Positions 26,717 through 39,580 of a stretch of 55,945 nucleotides of DNA are shown in pieces (position 1 is the first letter of the stretch; every line of letters begins with the position of its first letter). The notes under the pieces were generated by a model that made no database searches, was not told the origin of the DNA, and saw only the letters and a list, made by a program, of their open reading frames with translations. This DNA comes from Octopus bimaculoides (taxonomy: Eukaryota): contig NC_068991.1 in NCBI RefSeq assembly GCF_001194135.2, forward strand, positions 58,261,322-58,317,266, in the 5' to 3' direction. The position numbers and the translations under genes were made by a program.

Positions 26717-27345
26717 TAAGGCGCCGAGCTGACAGAATCGTTAGCACGCCGGGCGAAATGCTGAGCGGTATTTCGTCTGCCACTGCGTTCTGAGTTCAAA
26801 TTCCGCCGCGGTCGACTTTGCCTTTCATCCTTTCGGGGTCGATAAATTAAGTACCAGTTACGTACTGGGGTCGATATAATCGACTTAATCCGTTTGTCTG
26901 TCCTTGTTTGTCCCCTCTGTGTGTAGCCCCTTGTGGGCAGTAAAGAAATCGGTATTTCGTCTGTCTTTACTTCTGAGTTCAAATTCCGCCGGGGTTGACT
27001 TTGCCTTTCATCCTTTCGAGGTCGATAAATTAAGAGCCAGTTGCGTAGTGGTGTCGATCTATTCGACTGCTCGCCTCCTCCCAAATTTCGGTCATTGTGC
27101 CTAGAGTAGAAAAAGAATACTTTAACGTTTCTGAAAGCGATGGGCTTAGCAGAATTTTAAGCACGCCAGGCATAATGCTTAGTGGCATTCGTCCGTCTAT
27201 ATGTTGAGTTCAAATTACGCCGAGGTCTACTTTGGCTTTCATCTCGGAGTCGGTAGAAAAAGTACCATTTGGGCACAGGGGTTGATGTAATCAACCACGC
27301 CCCTACTCAAAAATGTTTCGTCTTGTGCCAAAATTTGAATCTAAT
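26717..27345 (+). mobile_element. Cluster of SINE-A copies (26717-26949, 26950-27118, ~27130-27345)
   Basis: Same head and core as the 16.5-kb cluster. It produces ORFs 26716-27084 and 16646-17101, which share PRKDERQ.RPRR.LNSE. Confidence 0.9.
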
Positions 27346-27902
27346 ACTTTATCGTATCTTTTAATAAACCAACATGAAGGCTAAAAGAGAGGCTAAAATT
27401 CAAAGATACGAAATACCCGAGTATGAGAATAATTTTTTTCCAGATGTAGAGAACGTTAATCGAATTTAAAGGTTTATTACAAAAAGAAGGAGAGAATTAA
27501 CAAAAGGAATGCATCACGAAATGAAAGAACGTACTAACGGCACAAGTATGAAGAAGACAGCACAAGGGAAATAATAATAACGGAAGAAAGAATGCAAAGT
27601 GATCCAGAGTAAGGAGAGAAATTATAAATTAAACAATTCGAAGAAGACGAGAAATGAGAAGTATGCAGAGCTGGCGAAAGGTAAAAAGGTAGAGAATGAT
27701 GTGGAAAAAGATGACGGGGGAAATGTTTAGAGAAAAAATAGAGAGTAGAGAAAAGTGGACAAGGGGGGAAAACTGCCTGGATGTGAGCAGTGCATAGGTT
27801 TAACGAATGGAGAACTTCTGCCATAGAAAACACGCGAAAATAAAAAATAAATTAGAAATAAGAATAATCGTAACTGTTTCAACGAATATTGTTTTTAGTG
27901 AA

Positions 27903-27949
<47 letters not shown>

Positions 27950-29514
27950 TATATACACATATGTACGAATAGTGTATGTATTTCATTATATATATNNNNN
28001 NNNNNNNNNNNNNNNNNNNNNNNNNNNNNNNNNNNNNNNNNNNNNNNNNNNNNNNNNNNNNNNNNNNNNNNNNNNNNNNNNNNNNNNNNNNNNNNNNNNN
28101 NNNNNNNNNNNNNNNNNNNNNNNNNNNNNNNNNNNNNNNNNNNNNNNNNNNNNNNNNNNNNNNNNNNNNNNNNNNNNNNNNNNNNNNNNNNNNNNNNNNN
28201 NNNNNNNNNNNNNNNNNNNNNNNNNNNNNNNNNNNNNNNNNNNNNNNNNNNNNNNNNNNNNNNNNNNNNNNNNNNNNNNNNNNNNNNNNNNNNNNNNNNN
28301 NNNNNNNNNNNNNNNNNNNNNNNNNNNNNNNNNNNNNNNNNNNNNNNNNNNNNNNNNNNNNNNNNNNNNNNNNNNNNNNNNNNNNNNNNNNNNNNNNNNN
28401 NNNNNNNNNNNNNNNNNNNNNNNNNNNNNNNNNNNNNNNNNNNNNNNNNNNNNNNNNNNNNNNNNNNNNNNNNNNNNNNNNNNNNNNNNNNNNNNNNNNN
28501 NNNNNNNNNNNNNNNNNNNNNNNNNNNNNNNNNNNNNNNNNNNNNNNNNNNNNNNNNNNNNNNNNNNNNNNNNNNNNNNNNNNNNNNNNNNNNNNNNNNN
28601 NNNNNNNNNNNNNNNNNNNNNNNNNNNNNNNNNNNNNNNNNNNNNNNNNNNNNNNNNNNNNNNNNNNNNNNNNNNNNNNNNNNNNNNNNNNNNNNNNNNN
28701 NNNNNNNNNNNNNNNNNNNNNNNNNNNNNNNNNNNNNNNNNNNNNNNNNNNNNNNNNNNNNNNNNNNNNNNNNNNNNNNNNNNNNNNNNNNNNNNNNNNN
28801 NNNNNNNNNNNNNNNNNNNNNNNNNNNNNNNNNNNNNNNNNNNNNNNNNNNNNNNNNNNNNNNNNNNNNNNNNNNNNNNNNNNNNNNNNNNNNNNNNNNN
28901 NNNNNNNNNNNNNNNNNNNNNNNNNNNNNNNNNNNNNNNNNNNNNNNNNNNNNNNNNNNNNTACACACACACACACATACACACACACACGTACGCACGT
29001 AAATATGTATATATGTATGTATAAATATGCTTTCTTTCCCCCTCAGAAATTGAAGATGACCTGCAAATATTCCGTTTCTATGACATTAATTATATGAACT
29101 TAAAGGCTTTCCTGTTTCCTATTTCAATCTGAAATGTACATTTAACGACAATATTTCAACACAACCTTCATCTTGATTGTGGACGTATATTAAGTCACAT
29201 ATAATTTCTCTGACAATAATTGTGTATTTAATCTTTAATTAAGTGTGTCACAAGTTGACAACTTATAACAATCGCAATTAAATCTGGCTTTCCCCGCAAA
29301 GTCTTTTTAAGATTTGAACCCCGCGCCACTGGATGTTCTAAGTATCTCCAGTTAAATTGATTATAAGGATTTGAGTGTTGCAAGTGTCGTCTAATGTACT
29401 AGATGTACTTCTGAGGACAAATCGTACAAGAAATGTAGAAGCTTCACATTGAGTCCAACTTAAATATTATAGTAGACTCTTTACTATTGATAATTCTAAA
29501 GTCTAGCTCAACGT

Positions 29515-29960
29515 CAGCTAGTGTTAGCGTAGAGGGGAATCAAGTCCATCGACTCCAGTGCTTGAAGTCGGTGAATTTGAACTCAGAACGTAAAGCGTGG
29601 AAAACTGCCGCTAAGCATTGCGTTGGGAGTGCTACGGGTTCTGACTCCAAGCTGCCTTCATTTTTGCAATGATTATAAAATATGGAAGGAAATATAATGG
29701 GCTACAAATCATGATACAAGGCGAGTAATTTGGGCGGGGGGGGGATTACGTCGACCCCAGTATCCAACTGTTACTTAGTTTATCGAAACCGAAAGGATAA
29801 CAGGCACAGTCGACCTCGGCGGAATTTGAACTCAGAACGTAAGGAAGGACTGACGAAATGCCGCCAAACAATTTACCCGGGGTGCTAACTATCCTTTCGA
29901 CTATAGGCACGCGGCCTGAAATTTTGGGGGAAGGGAACTAGTCGATTGTATCGACCCCAG
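29515..29960 (-). mobile_element. Two to three SINE-A copies or fragments
   Basis: gtcgacctcggcggaatttgaactcagaacgtaa at ~29810-29845, a similar motif at ~29565-29595, and a tail fragment cctttcgactataggcacgcggcctgaaattttgggg at ~29893-29960. Confidence 0.85.
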
Positions 29961-29975
29961 AAGAGAATTACATTT

Positions 29976-30136
29976 TGGCTGTGTGGTAAGTAGCTTGCTT
30001 ACCAACCACATATTTCCGAGTTCATTCCCACTGCGTGGCACCTTGGGCAAGTGTCTTCTATTATAGTCTCGGGCTGACCAAAGTCTTGTGAGTGGATTTG
30101 GTAGACGGAAACTGAAAGAAGCCTGTCGTATATATG

Positions 30137-30207
<71 letters not shown>

Positions 30208-30452
30208 GTGTGTGTGTGTGTGCGTGTGTGTGTGTGTGTATGTTTGTGTGTCTGTGTATGTTCCCCCAGCATCACGTGACAACCGATAGTGGTGTGTTTA
30301 CGTCTCCGTAACTTAGCGGTTCGGCTAAAGAGAACGATAGAATAAGAATTAAGCTTCCAAAGAATAAGTCCTGGGCCCGATTTGCTCGACTCAAAGGCGG
30401 TGCTCCAGAATGTCCGCAGTCAAATGACTGAAGCAAGTAAAGAGTAAAGAGT
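29976..30452 (+). mobile_element. Bipartite CORE-like tRNA SINE (family D), full length, with internal (TA)n(TG)n
   Basis: Head tggctgtgtggtaagtagcttgct, B box-like gagttcattccc, CORE-like gtggcaccttgggcaagtgtctt (shares ccttgggcaagt with the MIR CORE domain). An internal microsatellite at ~30128-30245 precedes the 3' half, which ends ggcggtgctccag...aatgactgaagcaagtaaagagtaaagagta. Confidence 0.85.
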
Positions 30453-30639
30453 ATATGCTATGCATAATCTCTGGATCTTCTTCCTTGCACTCCGATTTAG
30501 AATTCAAACTACTAATATCGCTATACTTGATCTAGAAATGATTATCTCCCTTTCAGAAATTGACCACCAGAGAGCACCACATGTTTTGATTTATATTTTA
30601 GTTCTAAGAATTTCTACATTGAATATTGTTCAATAACTA

Positions 30640-31000
30640 TTTTCATGGTTGATGTTCTACGTATATCTGGGACCGATAAAACCAGTCGTATATCCATGAC
30701 GTTTATTTCGATATATTTACGGCTTAAGTATTTCAGCGTAGCATAGATATACAAATTATACACAGGCCAGTTTTATGTTCGCTATAGCTATATACAGCTA
30801 GCATCCTGAGGCACGCAGGTACTACTGTATGTAGGAACACCTGAAAAGTGCTGTATGGAAAATTAGACAGTGAAATCTTTTGTTTGGTAGATGAATCCCC
30901 ATCACCACGAGATCGACCCGACGTCCAATGACAATCAAGAAAGTCAAAGACAAGATAATTTAGTGAGCATCGGATATAAAATATTGATATCATGAGATAA
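30640..31000 (+). mobile_element. Possible ancient RTE-like LINE 3' remnant
   Basis: Fragments LFRYIYGLSI..HRYTN, SILRHAG, KVLYGKL and RDRP resemble the RTE C-terminal series LR.ILGI.W.D..TN / LRWAGH / LLYGEL / RGRP. Many stops. Confidence 0.35.
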
Positions 31001-31675
31001 GGAATGTCATTGCGACAGCAATTAGCGAAAACAAATATAGAATGTTTCAAAGATTGGAAAATCGTTAAATCCGTAATGTGTTGTATATTGAGCCCTGGTA
31101 TTAGGCTACATATAACATTTAGAAATTGACTTAGATAAGAAAGATTTACGTCAAAATATGATGGACTGTGGCATTGATCCATCTTCCTAAATTCACCGCT
31201 CACGTTACCGTGGTATATAGTTATAATTCACATACACACACACACACATATGGCCTCTCTTAATCCCACTTGACCTCTAGGCTAATTAATTGATTCCTGG
31301 GTCTGATTTAATCCGATGTCGAGGAAATGAAATAGATTTTACGTCTATCGATTTCTGCTTCGACTAGATTTGCTTAATAAAGGATTCTCCTCGCTTGATA
31401 TTAAGATCCGTAATAGCAGCGAACTAAGAAACGAAACTAGAAGTAAGATAAGGATGAAGAATTGGAAAGTGGTAGATAAAATAATTATACGTCGGCCACG
31501 AAGAAGCTATCAGAGATTGTTGATAGAAACTCTCAATAAAAAGATCAATTTTCGAAAAAGAGAACGGTTTTCCTGGAAAATCCCAAAACAGACGATACAC
31601 TAACGCGTGCAATTTAATAGAAGGGAAAAAAATAGGAGAATGAAAAAGCAAAAAGCAAATGAATGAATAGATAGT

Positions 31676-31676
<1 letters not shown>

Positions 31677-31774
<98 letters not shown>

Positions 31775-31857
31775 AAGAAGAAGAAGAAGAAGAAGAAGAA
31801 GAAGAAGAAGAAGAAGAAGAAGAAGAAGAAGAAGAAGAAGAAGAAGAAGACGAAGAA
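31677..31857. repeat. Compound microsatellite (TAA)n-(GAA)n
   Basis: Pure TAA run to 31746, then a near-pure GAA run. Confidence 0.98.
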
Positions 31858-32343
31858 CATGATAATAAGAGTGTATATCAATCGAAGGCTTATGTGTAAG
31901 ATTATATAGTTATAACGTTAGGTTTCCAAGACGACAGATGTCGATAATTCACTATATATCTATGTATACATGTCTACGCATGTGAGCCGATATGCACACA
32001 CACTCACACGCACATAGAGTAATATAACGCTTTTGATACTATATTATAGCATATGATAGATACACATACAAATACACATATGATTGTGTATATGTATGCA
32101 TGTACGTATGTATGTATATATGCTTGTTTTGTGTGAGTATGTGTGTAAACATATGCGAACCCCTTTGTGTGTGTACGTGTGTATGTGCATGAATATCTAA
32201 GTATCTTTGTGTCTACCAAGATTTCTGAGAAAGCTGTGGTCATATTAATACAGATAATACTACAATAACCATTGTTGAAATAATTTGTATCGTTTCCTGC
32301 ATGAGGTGACAAGTCTTTAGAGCTGTACTCTGTCACTATAATC

Positions 32344-32716
32344 GTGGCACTGCGTCGGTTACGACGACGAGGGTGCCAGTTGATCGGATCAACGGAACAG
32401 CCTGCTTGTGAAATTAACGTGCAAGTGGCTGAGCACTCCACTGACATGTGCACCCTTAACGTAGTTCTCGGGGAGATTCAGCAGGACACAGAGTGTGACA
32501 AGGCTGGCCCTTTGAAATACAGGTACGGCAGAAACAGGAACAAAGAGGGAGAGAAATATGTGGTAAAAGAGTACCACTGGGTTCGCCACCATCCCCTGCC
32601 GGAGCCTCGTGGAGCTATAGGTGTTTCCGCTCAATAAACACTCACAACGCCCGATCTGGGAATCGAAATCGCGATCTTATGACCGCGAGTCCGCTGCCCT
32701 AACCACTGGGCCACTA
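32344..32716 (-). mobile_element. tRNA-derived SINE (family B), full length
   Basis: Same sequence as the two copies at 53-54 kb (gttgatcggatcaacggaacagcctgc...ccctaaccactgggcca). It generates the look-alike ORFs 32344-32637 and 32389-32634. Confidence 0.9.
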
Positions 32717-33639
32717 TCGCACGATAAAGATGTCCATTGAGGAAGCCACCACGTAGACACTTCATCTGCCAGAAGTAATAGTCAGATATAACTCAAATCT
32801 AAGCATACTGTCTTCACAAATGATTAATCCGAGTTCTGCTGACTAGACAGAGATTCTGGCTTTAAAAAACAAATACCGGTTAGCACGCTGTTATGAAAGG
32901 CCCAGGGGAATGGGATTTCACAACAACAACAACAACAACGACTATTTTTTTTTTTATTCATTCAACAGTCCGACGAGGAAGCAGAGTTAGAAAGAGCAGT
33001 AAAATATCCCTTAAATCACGCCCATCTATCTTAGGAAACGAAGACATTAAATGCTTACTGCTTGGTTCATTACAGACATCGAGTCCAATTTCAAAGAATA
33101 AACGTATGCTTACTCTACTGACCATAAAATAAGAAATATGGCGAAAATTCTTCATCCGGACGGTGAAGTAGTGTTTAATCACACGCACATACACGCACAC
33201 ACACACATAAACACACACACACACACGCACTCAACGCACACACACATAAGTATGTGTGTTTGTGTGTGTGCGTGTTGATCAGTGATTAAATATTACCTCA
33301 GCATCATGAGCAACAACCATAAAAGAAGAGTCCCATGCGCCCGTGGCTCAAATCCCTAGAAATGACAGATAGATTTGCACAAATAGCATTATAGAGGAAC
33401 ATAGTCTCATCATCATCACGAACATCTTCATCATCATCTTCATCGTCCGTCGTCGTCGTCGCTGTCGTTCTGGTCATCATCATTATCATCATCATCATCG
33501 TCGTCGTCGTCATTGTTCTTCGACCGTTCCTTGTAGGCGGCCTCAACCCTCCTCGAACGAATGCGAATTCGATTATCTGCAGTTCTGTAATCGCTTAACT
33601 CAGGCTCTCGGTTGAATTGTTATCCTTAGGTAGAAATTG

Positions 33640-34400
33640 TGAGCAGAAAGAATGAAATTGGACTCCGTACTATACGGCATTTCGAAATTTCCTGGACTGG
33701 AATTATATTTATCGATTGCGACATAAACAAATTTATAGTTGACCTTGAGAAGAACTGGAAAAAAAAGAAGAATTAAAAAACTACTCGACATGGAATGAAA
33801 AGGCTGTGGAGGAACGCACATATTTGGAATAATATTATCACTTAGATGCGTTGAACCCGTTACAAAATTGTTTGAGATTCAGGAAATGCTTTTTAACTGC
33901 TCAATAAGGCTGCTACCCATCTCCGTCTCGTAGATCGAGATCTAAACGAAACTACAGAATCAATCCTCCCTCAGCTTAACATCCCCACTTGGCCTTTTTG
34001 TGTGTATTTTTCAAAATTTCCTGGACTGGAATTTGATTTATCGATTGTGGCATGAAATAATTCATATTGTATTTTGGCAGCAGCTGAAAAAGAACAGAAT
34101 TCAAAACCACTGAATATGGAATGAAAGAAATCGTTATGTTTGAGCCCCAAATGATTCTGCTGGCGTGATAACGCAGTCGCACGCAGCCCTAAAAGTGATC
34201 GGGTGTTCAAAGGTGGTTTACATTTACTCTCGATGACATCTGATATCGAGGATTTGATGAGCAAAATGGCAATAAAAATAAACGTCAATGAAAGCCGTAT
34301 GGAACCAAAGAACTTAAAGACGCTGAAACAAATTCTACTTTTCATTTTGCCCCTCATTTATTCGGAGAATAAACTGACGTTTGCTTGAAACGATATTTTA
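33640..34400 (+). mobile_element. Possible highly decayed Tc1-like transposase catalytic-domain remnant with a duplicated segment
   Basis: Across frameshifts: SVLYGIS..GLELxFID, ISWTGI*FIDCGMK, RDNA..., IEDLMSKMAIKINVN...LKTLKQIL. These loosely resemble Tc1 motifs VWG.FS..G...L.FIDG.MN, QDNA and PIENLW..L...VY.NG. Manual resemblance only. Confidence 0.3.
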
Positions 34401-36212
34401 ATCCACTGCTCTTGGTCAACTTCCCAGATTTTTTTTCCCCATACTAAACCGATATAGCTACTGGAATGTTCTCAAAAAAAAAAAGGAAAAGAAAAGAAAA
34501 AAAAGAAAAAATAGATTTCGTGAAACTAAAAGGAATATAGTTATATTTAAAATAAGAATCCGCAGAGCAATCTAATGCATTATTAAAAGAAAATACCTCA
34601 GGGGTGGGCAAGATACACAAATATATGCATATTATATTTGGTTCATTGGGCAACAATAATTTGCTGTTTTCTCAGGCTACTTCAGCGTATTTTGTATACG
34701 ATTAAATAATAAGTACTGAAGCATACATATACACATACATACATACATACATACATACCTATATGCATACATCTCACATATGAATGTACGTAAATACATA
34801 CTTGTATATGCATATATANNNNNNNNNNNNNNNNNNNNNNNNNNNNNNNNNNNNNNNNNNNNNNNNNNNNNNNNNNNNNNNNNNNNNNNNNNNNNNNNNN
34901 NNNNNNNNNNNNNNNNNNNNNNNNNNNNNNNNNNNNNNNNNNNNNNNNNNNNNNNNNNNNNNNNNNNNNNNNNNNNNNNNNNNNNNNNNNNNNNNNNNNN
35001 NNNNNNNNNNNNNNNNNNNNNNNNNNNNNNNNNNNNNNNNNNNNNNNNNNNNNNNNNNNNNNNNNNNNNNNNNNNNNNNNNNNNNNNNNNNNNNNNNNNN
35101 NNNNNNNNNNNNNNNNNNNNNNNNNNNNNNNNNNNNNNNNNNNNNNNNNNNNNNNNNNNNNNNNNNNNNNNNNNNNNNNNNNNNNNNNNNNNNNNNNNNN
35201 NNNNNNNNNNNNNNNNNNNNNNNNNNNNNNNNNNNNNNNNNNNNNNNNNNNNNNNNNNNNNNNNNNNNNNNNNNNNNNNNNNNNNNNNNNNNNNNNNNNN
35301 NNNNNNNNNNNNNNNNNNNNNNNNNNNNNNNNNNNNNNNNNNNNNNNNNNNNNNNNNNNNNNNNNNNNNNNNNNNNNNNNNNNNNNNNNNNNNNNNNNNN
35401 NNNNNNNNNNNNNNNNNNNNNNNNNNNNNNNNNNNNNNNNNNNNNNNNNNNNNNNNNTATATATGCATGTATGTATGTATATATGTATACTTACGTTTAT
35501 GCAAACGCAATAATGTTAGCAATGAAATTAGAGATATGATATTATTTAGAAAGAGCTAATGCAAAACTAAGAAAAAAAACTCTGCAATAACACGAATAAA
35601 TAAAAGAATATAAAAATAAGTAGAATAACAAACACCAACAAATATGTACAAAGGCATTAACCAATCAGAAGTAGAGTTTTTACCTGTATAGAACCGGTAG
35701 CAGGCCAAACTAGACAAGTATAGAGATGCAGTAACGGTTAGTTTCTTTAGATTTGCAATACAGCATCTTATCTGTTAACGAGTCGTAATTTCCCTAGAGT
35801 TTAAGCAAGCCCTCCAACACTGCACACCGCGCCGACCACGCAGAAGCTCACAATTGTGCGGCAACAAATTGTTTTTCTTTCAATATATACTCAATCATAT
35901 ACACATACATACATACATACATACATGCATACGTACACATATATATACATATATATACATTCACACACACACATATATATATATATATATAGTAGAATTC
36001 ATTCATGCTACTACAAACGCATATTTTTGTGTACATTTATATATAATTGTATATATGTAGATATGGACACATGTATGTATGTATATATATGCACAATTCA
36101 CATGATATATATATATACATATACATGCACTCTCTCACACACACATAGTCACACACACACACACGCACGCACACACTCACACACACACGCACACACAGAC
36201 ACACACACAAAC

Positions 36213-36259
<47 letters not shown>

Positions 36260-36725
36260 NNNNNNNNNNNNNNNNNNNNNNNNNNNNNNNNNNNNNNNNN
36301 NNNNNNNNNNNNNNNNNNNNNNNNNNNNNNNNNNNNNNNNNNNNNNNNNNNNNNNNNNNNNNNNNNNNNNNNNNNNNNNNNNNNNNNNNNNNNNNNNNNN
36401 NNNNNNNNNNNNNNNNNNNNNNNNNNNNNNNNNNNNNNNNNNNNNNNNNNNNNNNNNNNNNNNNNNNNNNNNNNNNNNNNNNNNNNNNNNNNNNNNNNNN
36501 NNNNNNNNNNNNNNNNNNNNNNNNNNNNNNNNNNNNNNNNNNNNNNNNNNNNNNNNNNNNNNNNNNNNNNNNNNNNNNNNNNNNNNNNNNNNNNNNNNNN
36601 NNNNNNNNNNNNNNNNNNNNNNNNNNNNNNNNNNNNNNNNNNNNNNNNNNNNNNNNNNNNNNNNNNNNNNNNNNNNNNNNNNNNNNNNATATATATATAT
36701 GTATATACGCATGTATGTATATTTG

Positions 36726-36759
<34 letters not shown>

Positions 36760-37148
36760 TGTGTGTGTATGCATAAACGTACATCTCGTGTTCGTGTGAA
36801 TAAGCTTATGTATGGATGCATAATCAGACATGTTTTCTTAACATTTTCTTTTTTCATTCAATTAATCAAGTTTTACCATTTCTTTCTTATCCTACTTTAT
36901 CGTCATATCAATTTTTATATTAGCTTGCATATATTTTTTCCCCCTTCTTTCAATGTTATATTCCTTACTTATTTCTTCGTTATTTTGTTATGTTATTAAC
37001 GTGTAGTGATGTTGTCCAATACCTTTCCCAATTGTGTGAACCCCAAATGTATATATACTAGCCTAAAGATACTTTGAACTCGTGTCGTGTCATCGTTGTA
37101 AGTTATAAGACTTTAATATTAGTGATAATTTTGATAATAATAATATCC

Positions 37149-37201
<53 letters not shown>

Positions 37202-37204
37202 TGA

Positions 37205-37901
37205 CATAAGGGCTGCAGTTTTGAGGTGAGGGCCGAAGTCGATTAAACCGACCCCTAGTATTTTATTGGTTATATATGTTATTGATCCTGAAATGAGGAA
37301 AAGAAAGATACCCACGACGGGACTTAAACGCAGACCGTAAAGAGCTTGAATAAATGCTGCAAAACATTTTGTTCGATGCTCTAAACATTGTGCCTCCATG
37401 CTGATTGTACTGTAATAATAATAATAATAATCCTTTCTACTGGAAGCACTAGGCCTCAAATTTGGGAGAAGGGATTAAGTCGGACTAATTTCATCGACCC
37501 CGAAAGGATAAAAGGCAACGTCGATCTCGGTGGAATTTGAACTTAGAACATTACGGCAGACGAAAGACCGCTAAACATTTCGCTCGGCGTGTTAACGATT
37601 CTGCCAGCTCACCGCCTTAAATAATAATAATAATAATAAGTAGAAGAATAAGAATAAGAATAAGAATAATTCTTACTATAGGCACAAGATCTGAAATTTG
37701 GGAGAGGAGGATATTCGATTACATCGACTACAGTATTCAACTGGTACGTAATTTATCGATCCCGTAATGATGAAAGGCAAAGTCGACCTCGGCGGAATTT
37801 GAACTCTGAATGTAGCGACGGGTGAAATACCGCGAAGTCCAGCGTGCTAACGATTCTGCCAGATCGCTGCCTTCAATAATAATATTAAAAATTATAATAA
37901 C

Positions 37902-37948
<47 letters not shown>

Positions 37949-38742
37949 TGGTTACAAATTTTGCCACAAGGGCAGCCATTTTGGGGGAGGAGATAAGGTG
38001 ATTACATTAACTTCAATGATCAACTGGTAATTAATTTATCGAACTCCCGAAAGGGTGAAACACAAAAGTGACCTCGGTGGAATTTGTACTCAGAACGAAG
38101 CGACAGGCGAAATACCGCTTAGCATTTCGCCCGGTGTATCTACGACTCTGCCAGCTCGCCGCCTTAACTAATAATAATAGTAATAATAAATGATAAATAA
38201 TAATAATAGTAATAGTAATAATCCTTTCAAGTCCTCAAATTTGGGGGGAGAGGAATTAAGTTGATTACATCGAGTATAGCGACATACGAAATATCGGTAA
38301 GCATTTCGCCCGGCGTGCTTAAGATTCCACCAGCTCACATTCTTCAAATAGTAATGATAATAATACGTTCTACTATAAGCAAAAGGCCTAAAGTTTGGGG
38401 CAGGGGAAAGTCCTCGGCGGAATTTGAACTAAGAACGTAGCAACGGGCGAAATACCGTTAAGTACTTCGTCCAGTGTGGTAATGATTCTGCCAGCTCACC
38501 ACTTTCAAATGATAATAATGATATTCATTTCAAATTTTTTTTACAAATTTTAGGCAAAAGGGCTGCTTGTGGGAGGTGGAGTGAGTCGATTACATCGACC
38601 CCAGCGTTCAAATGGTCCTTATTTTATCGACACCGAAATGATGGAAGGCAGAGTAGACCTCGGCGGAATTTAAACTCAAAACATGGCGACGGGCGAAATA
38701 CATTAAGCAATGTGTCCAGCGCGCTAACAAGTCTGCCAGGTT
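37205..38742 (-). mobile_element. Array of seven tRNA-derived SINE-A copies separated by (AAT)n tracts
   Basis: Approximate copies: 37205-37405, 37431-37620, 37671-37875, 37950-38166, 38222-38345 (deleted), 38365-38505 (deleted), 38545-38742. Most contain a variant of gtcgacctcggcggaatttgaactcagaacgt and all end in a variant of tctgccagctcaccgcctt. Confidence 0.9.
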
Positions 38743-39160
38743 ATATTTATATTTATATTTATATGCATATAAACGGTGGGTAGAAACGGTGTTTTTACAC
38801 CATTTACGAGAAACAACAACGTTTTTGTTCACAGTAGCTGCAGTGAATTTGCTTGTGAAATTTGAAATGTCACAAACATATTTTAACTGTCATAAAGTTT
38901 GCGAATGATTAATCACTGCTTGGCGCTGATACTGACGAATGTGTGTATGCGCGCGCGCGAGAGCGTGTGTGTATGTGTGCGTGTGGATGTTTATCGAACG
39001 GGACACTGAAAAAGCAGGTAATTGGGAGGGTAAGCGGAAGAAAGAAAATAACACGATATGAAGTGAGCTTTCTGCAGTAAAATACGTCCACCCACATACG
39101 TACCGATACGTGCACGCACACACACACATACATTTAAATACACACACTTACAGTCACACA

Positions 39161-39201
<41 letters not shown>

Positions 39202-39542
39202 CTACGTACTCACACACACTCACACGCTTGTGAGCACGCCCTCATACAATGCGCGCGTGTGTATACTTTCAAATGTATGCATATCTAGAGGCATTCATAC
39301 CTGCAAATATCTATATAAATTTGAACTATTTTACAAATTACAAATTGCTACTTACGCTATGAAATGTCTACCTTACACAGAGAGATGAAGACCCACATAC
39401 GCTCATGAACAACTACACAAATTTGCACATACATACTTACATACTCACACAAATATATTATACGTACACAAATGGGCATATATATTATATTTATATTTGT
39501 TCGTTTACATATATATGTATAATACATGTATATATATATATG

Positions 39543-39580
<38 letters not shown>

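Noticed and set aside
29405-29445. ctgagga...gaaa hammerhead-like motif
   Set aside because: No pairing for stem II and a poor stem I.
32969-33035. Strong acceptor followed by SDEEAELERAVKYPLNHAHLS*
   Set aside because: Early stop, no good donor, and similarity to 32770-32815 suggests a decayed repeat fragment.
37205-38742. CRISPR-like repeat/spacer appearance
   Set aside because: The units are ~200-bp diverged SINEs and the spacers are microsatellites. The context is eukaryotic and there are no cas genes.
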